A stretch of 64,000 bases of DNA from Octopus vulgaris (lineage: Eukaryota), in the NCBI GenBank assembly GCA_951406725.2, contig OX597817.1:74400001-74464000 (forward strand). The letters are read 5' to 3'. Below are positions 56,831 to 64,000 of the stretch, piece after piece. Under the pieces are notes generated by a model, which did not search any database, was not told the DNA's origin, and saw only the letters and a program-made list of their open reading frames with translations. The translations under genes were made by a program, and so were the position numbers. Each line of letters opens with the position of its first letter. Positions within the stretch are counted from its first letter, which is position 1.

Positions 56831-57197
56831 GTAAGTCATTCATTACAATTATAAAAATTTCCTCTTTGAGGCAAGAAACATTCTACCAGCTTCTTAACCC
56901 TTTCATTGATAAATATTCAATTATTGTCAGAAATTTGTATTTTACTACACAGTATTCATTCATTCATTCATTTTTCCATGCTAGTATGGATTAGATGAGA
57001 GGGGATTTTACAGCTGAATGCTCTTCCTGTTTCAGATTTTCTACAGCTGGATATCCTTCCTGTCAAACCAGCCCTCACCTGTTTCCAAGTAAAATTAAAT
57101 GTCCCCTTGGCCAGATATATTTCACAGAAGACTAAAAAAATAACGCTACTTGTATGATGGTGGCACTCACATTTATCACACAGTATCAAGACAAGGA

Positions 57198-57236
<39 letters not shown>

Positions 57237-58844
57237 CATGTATGTATGCAGGTGCAGGCATGGCTGTCTGGTAAGAAGCTTGCTTCTCAACCACATGGTT
57301 ATGAATTCAGTGTGGCACCTTGGGCAAGTGTCTTCTACTATAGCCTTAGGACAACTAAAGCCTTGTGAGTGGATTTGGCAGACAGAAACTGAAAGAAGCC
57401 CATCGTGTGTATGTGTGTGTGTGTGTGCGTGTGTCTTTGTATCGCTGTTTGTCCCCCGCCACTACTTGACAACCAGTGTGTTGGTGTGTTTGTGCCCTTG
57501 TAACTTAGTGGTTTGGGCAAAAGACATCACCAGAATAAGTACCAGGCTTTAAAAAAAAGTACTTGGGTCAATTCATTCAACTAAAAATTCTTCAAGGCCA
57601 TACCCCAGTATGGCTGCAGTCTGACTGAAACAAGTAAAAGAAAAAATAAAATAAAATATATACATATATATACCCCCATTGTACCCCCACTCCATACTGA
57701 TATTTCCAATCATCTACACAACCACTCTTATTCAGCACCCACATTAACCTTTACCTCCCCTTCTTACTCCTACTCACACTCCTCTAAAAGCATCCACACG
57801 CTCTCTTAGTCCATCTCATTCTCTCTTATGCTCACCTTCTTGCTTCTTGAGAGTTTTCTCGCGCACTCCATCATTACCTTCCTCTTATCACCTTCAGCCA
57901 TATATCTCCTCTTTAGCAAGATGTCTGAGCATGTCAATCTATCATACTTTAGCCTTTCAATACTTTGCATAAAGCCAGCCACCTCCACCTTCCCCTCCCA
58001 AATACTTCCCCCTTAGTAGCGGGAACTTTTTCCTCTATATTTTTCTCTGTTCTTTTCTTTCTGGAAAATTACATGACAATACACTTGATTTTCTCCCCTC
58101 CATACACACACAAGCATGTTCACTTTCCAGACATTTCTACATTACTGCATGTACTTTATATGCACTTTCTGACAAGTTGTGGTGCACCTGAGCACTGTAT
58201 ACAATAATTTCATTATTATATTATTATAATATCACTAGTGCCAGTGGTACAGAAGATGTGCCTGGTACATTCTGTAATGTGGTTGGTGTTAGGAATAGTA
58301 TCCAGCCATAGAAACCATGCCAAAACATGAGATTGGAGCTTGATACAGCTCAGTAGCTCACCTGTTCTCTGTCAAACCATTCAACCCATGTCAGTATGGA
58401 AAGCACATGTTAAATGATGATAATGATGATATATGTGTGTGTGTAATTGTATATATAAGGTTGTAATGAATGTTCTGTCTGTTCATTGAAACAATAAAAA
58501 AAAACAATATCTGATTTATTTAACCATTTTTGTGGAGGCGCAATGGCCCAGTGGTTAGGGCAGCGGACTCGCGGTCGGAGGATCGTGGTTTCGATTCCCA
58601 GACCAAGCCTTGTGAGTGTTTATTGAGCGAAAACACCTAAAGCTCCACGAGGCTCCGGCAGGGGTGGGGGCGACCCCTGTTGTACTCTTTCGCCACAACT
58701 TTCTCTCACTCTTTCTTCCTGTTCCTTGAGTAACACTGGCGTCCTGTCCAGCTGAAGGGAACATATACACCATAGACACCAGGAAACCAGGCCCATGAGC
58801 CTGGCTAGGCTTGAAAAGGGCGCATAAATAAAAAAAAAATGTAA

Positions 58845-59085
58845 CCGTCAATATTATCACCATTCTTCTCTTTGACCTCTTTCCATCTGTCAATGAACTA
58901 TTCAATGTCACATTCATAAGATTCCTTAGTTTTAAAGTGAACAAGGAAATTCACTCATTTTTGACTTCTGCTCTTGAAGTAAATCCTAATCTATTCAAAT
59001 AATTTTATAAACTTCTAAAGCGATGGTAAACTGTAGGTGTGAGGTCTGGAGAATATGGTGGGCAATGCATAATTTCTCAGGCATA
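58845..59085 (-). mobile_element. Mariner transposase C-terminal remnant
   Basis: PPYSPDLTPTVYHRFRSL and RWKEVKEKNGD on the minus strand. Confidence 0.7.
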
Positions 59086-59339
59086 TCTTTTGCGTGTGTG
59101 TGTGTCTGATGGGCCACTGCACTGTTTCTATTTATTAAATCCTATTCACAAGGTATTGGTCAACTTGATGTCGTAGCAAAAGACACTTGTCCAAAGTGCT
59201 ACATAGCAGGGTCCACCAGAGCCACATGGTTGCAAAGCAAACCACTTAACCACATAACTATGCCTGTGTTGAGATACCTTATAAAATTTACCACACACAA
59301 AATGTGATGATTTGATAGTACCCCATGAAGATTTAATTA

Positions 59340-59862
59340 CCATAAATCCTCAAGTATAATCCACATTTTTTTCCCAAAATTTAAAGGTCAAAATCCCTAA
59401 TGTGTACTATATATGAGGTTAAAAATGAAAAATATTTTCTAAGCAATGTCCGAGTCTCTATTTGCTGTCTGGCAATGTTTATTCAGACGTATTTTGTGAT
59501 ATCGGGCGTGAAAAATACCTTAAGCTAAGTCTGAAAGCAATGAAGTCATAAAAAAATCATCCATAACTTGCAGTAAGCAACATTTATTAAAATAAAAGTA
59601 TTCAGAACACAGAATAACATGTAACAAAAACAATTTGCAAACATATTTACATTCCCATATAACAGTTAAGAGCATCACCATTATTGTATTACGCATGCAC
59701 GGAAGTGTTTGTTCGACTAAGTGCTGCTGGCTTAATTACACACAACTCAAGTTAGAGAAGGGGTGCACATTATACTCAAGGTTTAGGTTTTTCAGAGGTA
59801 CAGCCCCCTAAAAATCCCCTGCATATTATACTCAAGGGCGGACTATACTCGAGGATTTACGG
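59340..59862. mobile_element. Tc1/pogo-type MITE, TA TSD
   Basis: TA|CCATAAATCCTCAAGTATA ... TATACTCGAGGATTTACGG|TA. Confidence 0.75.
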
Positions 59863-60238
59863 TATACCTTTCACTATGTATATCATGTTACATACTATGT
59901 GCCAAGCTAACAAGGGAGCCTTTAGGTGGTTGTTCAAACTACTGGATGTAGCAGCCAAATCCCCTTAAATCTGACTACCTTCTATGGAAATAGCACAATG
60001 GATAATGTATTCCTGGGTTCCTTGTACATAGGAAAAAGATGGGTCGGTCACTGCTGGAATGCCTTTATTCATAAGTTTCCTGGTGAAAAACAGCAGCAGC
60101 AGTATATATTATGTGTATGTAAATATACTAAATCTTGCTTTGGAGAATATTCCAGCAAGTTTGGCCAAAAGCAGTGCTTCTGGGATTTTCTTCATGTTAC
60201 GCAAATAATTAATCAATTTATATCATTCCTTATTTCAG

Positions 60239-60371
60239 TATATTCGATCTCTTGGACCACTTGAACATATTCTAAACACACCAAGTCACCACAGAGTTCA
60301 CCATGGAAGAAATCCTTATTGTATTGACAAAAATTATGGTGGAAGCCTTATAATTTGGGACAAATTATTTG
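60239..60371 (+). CDS. AGMO: AGMO exon 6 ([45 protein letters not shown]); gene continues beyond the window
   Basis: Acceptor tatttcag|, donor G|gtaaat; [11 protein letters not shown] His box and CIDKNYxGxLIIWD motif; 133 nt; no further exon found before 64000. Confidence 0.95.
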
Positions 60372-61235
60372 GTAAATTCTCAGAATATTTTCATTTTTTT
60401 ATTTACTTTTATTTTTATTTCTTATTTTTTCTTCTAAATATTTCTGTTGATCATCTTTGAACTCTCAAAATTTTGGAAAGAAAATTGGTAGTGGAATCTT
60501 TTACAAATGAGTAAGTAATCCGACAATTGTATGGTGAACACTTGTGCCAGATGTGTCTGACCTTTTGGTTTTCAAACTGACTATCTTAGGGCCAAATATT
60601 TTACCTGTTTTATGTTCAAACTAGCCAGATTTGATCTCTCACACCTACCCTACAATGTCATTCTAAAAGTAAACTATCACATCATTGTGATTGTACAAGA
60701 GAATGCATGATTAATTCCAAACGATGTCAGGAAACAGGCATCACAATTGACAGAGCAATCTGAATGTGAAAAGGTTAATATTGAATACACTCAACACTAC
60801 ACCTGATTTTCTCCCCTCCATACACATGCAAGCATGTATCTGACTCATACACTGTTCACTTTCCAGACATTTGTACATTACTGCATATGCTTTATATGCA
60901 CTTTTGACAAGTTGTAGTGCACCTGAGCACTGTATACAATAATTTCATTATTATTATTATATTAGCCTCTAAATGCATTCTGAACCAAATTTAATGCCTA
61001 GATTCATTGCAAGCAACTTTATTTGAAGCTAACTACAAGACAACTTATTGTTTTCACTCTTTCAGCCAGTAGAATACCTTTAAGTAAGCATAGAATGCTA
61101 ACAAAACAATTATACAGTGCTCATTCTCCTTGTAATTTTCCATAGTGCATATTTACAGCTAGATACACTGAGCCTGCTAGAACCAAATGCCTTTGGCATT
61201 AGGACACTGGACCACTGTTGACTGATTACAAACTA

Positions 61236-61466
61236 TTAACCCTTCCAGAGAAAGATTTGTTTCTTATCCTGGCTCAAATATTCTACCTCTTTTATATTCA
61301 CATCAGCCAAGTTCAACCTTTCACACCTACCCTACTCTGTCATTCTAGAAATAAATAATCACAACATCAAAATCTCAAAACTATGAGATAATGCATGTTT
61401 AATTCAAAATATTGTGGGTAAATAAGCATTACATTTGATAGAATAATCTTGATGCTAAAGGGTTAA
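61236..61466. mobile_element. piggyBac-like MITE; related copies at ~60560-60780 and 63109-63344
   Basis: TTAA|CCCTT...AAGGG|TTAA ends; shared body cacacctaccctac...ttctaaaaataaa. Confidence 0.65.
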
Positions 61467-64000
61467 ACGCCACTGAAAACTACAGTGAGAAACATCAATG
61501 AACATACTAGATGTCAATATAACCAAGTGAATAATACTGTGTAACAAACTTTTTATTTTTTATTTATTTATTTATTTATTTATTTATTTTTGTCTTTGGT
61601 CAGTAAGTGTTATTTGCTTCTATCTAGAAATAGAAGGAAATGGCTACTATTCCCTTCAAACTTTGCTTTTGTTACCTGGACATTGATGTTTTGAAACTGA
61701 CCTATTTTCCATTACATTTCAGACTGATTCAGTACCGAGCTGCTGAAGCAGAAATATCATTATAGCAAATATTCTGCTCAATACCACAGATTTGCTTGTC
61801 AATTGCTTGACTTTAACCACTTAAGCATGTCCCTTAGTGGCTGACAATATGTGTATCTCTGATCATGAGCAGGAGTAGTGTGGGAGCATCAAAGCCATGT
61901 GTTGAGAGGGATTCTTTGATGTTTCAATAAATATAACAAAAGCAAGTTTGAAGAAAATATTAACCATTTCTCATACTTTCTAAGGGTAAGGAAATAGGAA
62001 ATAACAGTTGCTACCCAAGGACAAAAATTGTTTCACACAGTGTAATATATTATTATCTCCTTGTGGAATCAAAAGTTTCTCATTAATATCAACTACAACT
62101 AAGACAAGAAACTTAACTCTTTTTTCTTCCTTATACATTACTGGGAATAAACTGACAAGAGTGAAATATTTTAATGATAGCATGCTAAATTAATGACCAG
62201 TTTACATGATTTATTACATTTCCAAATCTGAAAGAAAATAATCATTTTCTGCAAAGGAAATTCTATTAGTAACACAACTCTGAGTGGCAGTTGTCTTTGA
62301 TCTCATGAGAAAACAAAAATATTATTATTGATGGCAGTGGAGACAGCATATGACCAATTTCTTGTTGAGGATATTTTCAGCTTCTGAAACTCTGGAGTCA
62401 TTTATTCATACAAGTTCAATTGCCATAGCATTCTGTCTTCAAAGTCCCAGTATTTATAGCATATTTTACTGAGATGTTTAGAGGCCTTTCAAGTTGAAGA
62501 GAGATACCAGTTCTAAAGTCTGTTGAGTTCTACTTTGAAACCTTCTCTTAGTGAGTGATGAGGAATGACTTGGCTATTGGTAGGATTTGAACTCAGCTCA
62601 TAAAGAGCCAGAACATTTACCACAAGGCATTTTGTTTGATCACTAACAGTTCTGCCAATCCACTGTTCTTGACTTGTACTTTATCAACTCCAAAAGTATA
62701 TGAGGCAAAGTTGTTCTCAACAAGTTTTGAACTCAGAGGACAGGGAACCAGAACAAATAATAGCACAAAGCATTGTACCCATTTCTCTTATAACTCAGTC
62801 TCTCTGTCCCTATCAGATATTATTATGAGCAAATCTATTGAGGTAGTGAGCTGGCAGAATTGCTAGCATGCTGGACAAAATGCTGGATAGCATTTTGATC
62901 ATTTTTATGTCAACTTTGCCTTTCATCTTTTCGGGCTCAATAAAACAGGCACCATTTGAGTTAATGTAATCAACTATCTCCTTTCCTTAAAATTTCAGAC
63001 CTTGTGTTTATAGTAGAAAGTTTATGACTAAATGTATTTATATGATTGATTCATTTTTGTGTCAGTAAACATCTTTAGTCTTGCTATGAAATTAAAGAAA
63101 GCCAGTAATTAACTCTTTAGCATTCAAACTGGCCAAATCCAACCAAAATAATCTACTTGTTTTATCTTCAAACTGGCTAGATCCAGCCTCTCACACTTTT
63201 ACACTTCCCCTACAATATTATCCTAAAAATAAACAATCATATCGTTGAAATCTCAAAGCTGCAAAGTAATGCATGACTAATTTGTATCAGTGTGAATAAT
63301 TCAGTATAACATTTGATAAAGTAATCTAAATGCTAATAAGTTAAAGCACAAGGCCAATTTTAGTGATTGAGGTGGGGCAGGATATTGTGAACTGAATGAA
63401 TTTCAACAAAATCATTGGTATTTAAGAGGATAAAATGCATGATTATTACTGGTTGGGATTTGAACTAAGAACCAAGGAGATTGAAACTAGGAAGCTGTCA
63501 TTGTACATTTTTCAGAAAGACTAATTTTATTTTACTAGACCAAACCTTACTGGAGAGGAGCAATAGTCCACTGAATTTATTACTGTCTAAAACCAGGTTT
63601 TAATTTATCAATGCCAAGACAAAGATAAACTCGGTGGGATTTGAGGGACAAAACAACATATGTTGTTTTATACAATACTTTTGATGTGTCAGCTACTTCT
63701 ATTGTTCTCTTCTCAATTATATATAAGTATGGTTTTGTTTTCTTTTTCTTTTTTCATTTGCATACACCCACACATTTTTAGGGGAGAGGGGTGAAGCTAA
63801 TAGAACTGATTCCAGAATATGACTGGTAGATAATTTAATCATCTCCAAAAGAATGAAAGAAATTGAAATTTGAATTCAGAATGTAAAGGGACGTAACTCA
63901 ATACAACAAGATATTTTGTCAATCATTCTACCATTTCAGCCCTCCATCATGCTAAAAAATATTAGTTTCTGGCTTTGGCATAAATCAGAAATTTGAAGAA

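Noticed and set aside
60372-64000. Possible AGMO exon 7
   Set aside because: No acceptor followed by a TFxxE...YGL-type peptide found by eye; probably downstream of the window

Overview
Repeat-dense, AT-rich eukaryotic DNA; the SINE families, microsatellite load and TTAGGG repeats suggest an octopus/coleoid genome (inference). The only host gene I can support is the 5' part of alkylglycerol monooxygenase (AGMO, + strand): six GT-AG exons from 25109 to 60371 join in frame to 246 codons carrying the fatty-acid-hydroxylase His clusters, and the gene continues past the window. The rest is transposon-derived: a near-intact CR1-group LINE in intron 1, Dong/R4-like and RTE LINE remnants clustered in a (CATA)n tract, Penelope-like remnants, Tc1/mariner elements, non-autonomous Helitrons, MITEs and at least three tRNA-derived SINE families. 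The most notable signal is two unrelated non-coding, foldback insertions in AGMO introns 2 and 4, each with a type I hammerhead ribozyme in both arms. The intron-4 one is built from a circularly permuted ~561-nt monomer, as expected of a retrozyme copied from a circular RNA. Also notable: a LINE ORF1 with Myb/SANT-like and CCCH motifs, a LINE/SINE shared 3' stem-loop with compensatory base changes, and CpG decay in repeats inside the gene body. All structures were read by eye; no searches or folding programs were run.
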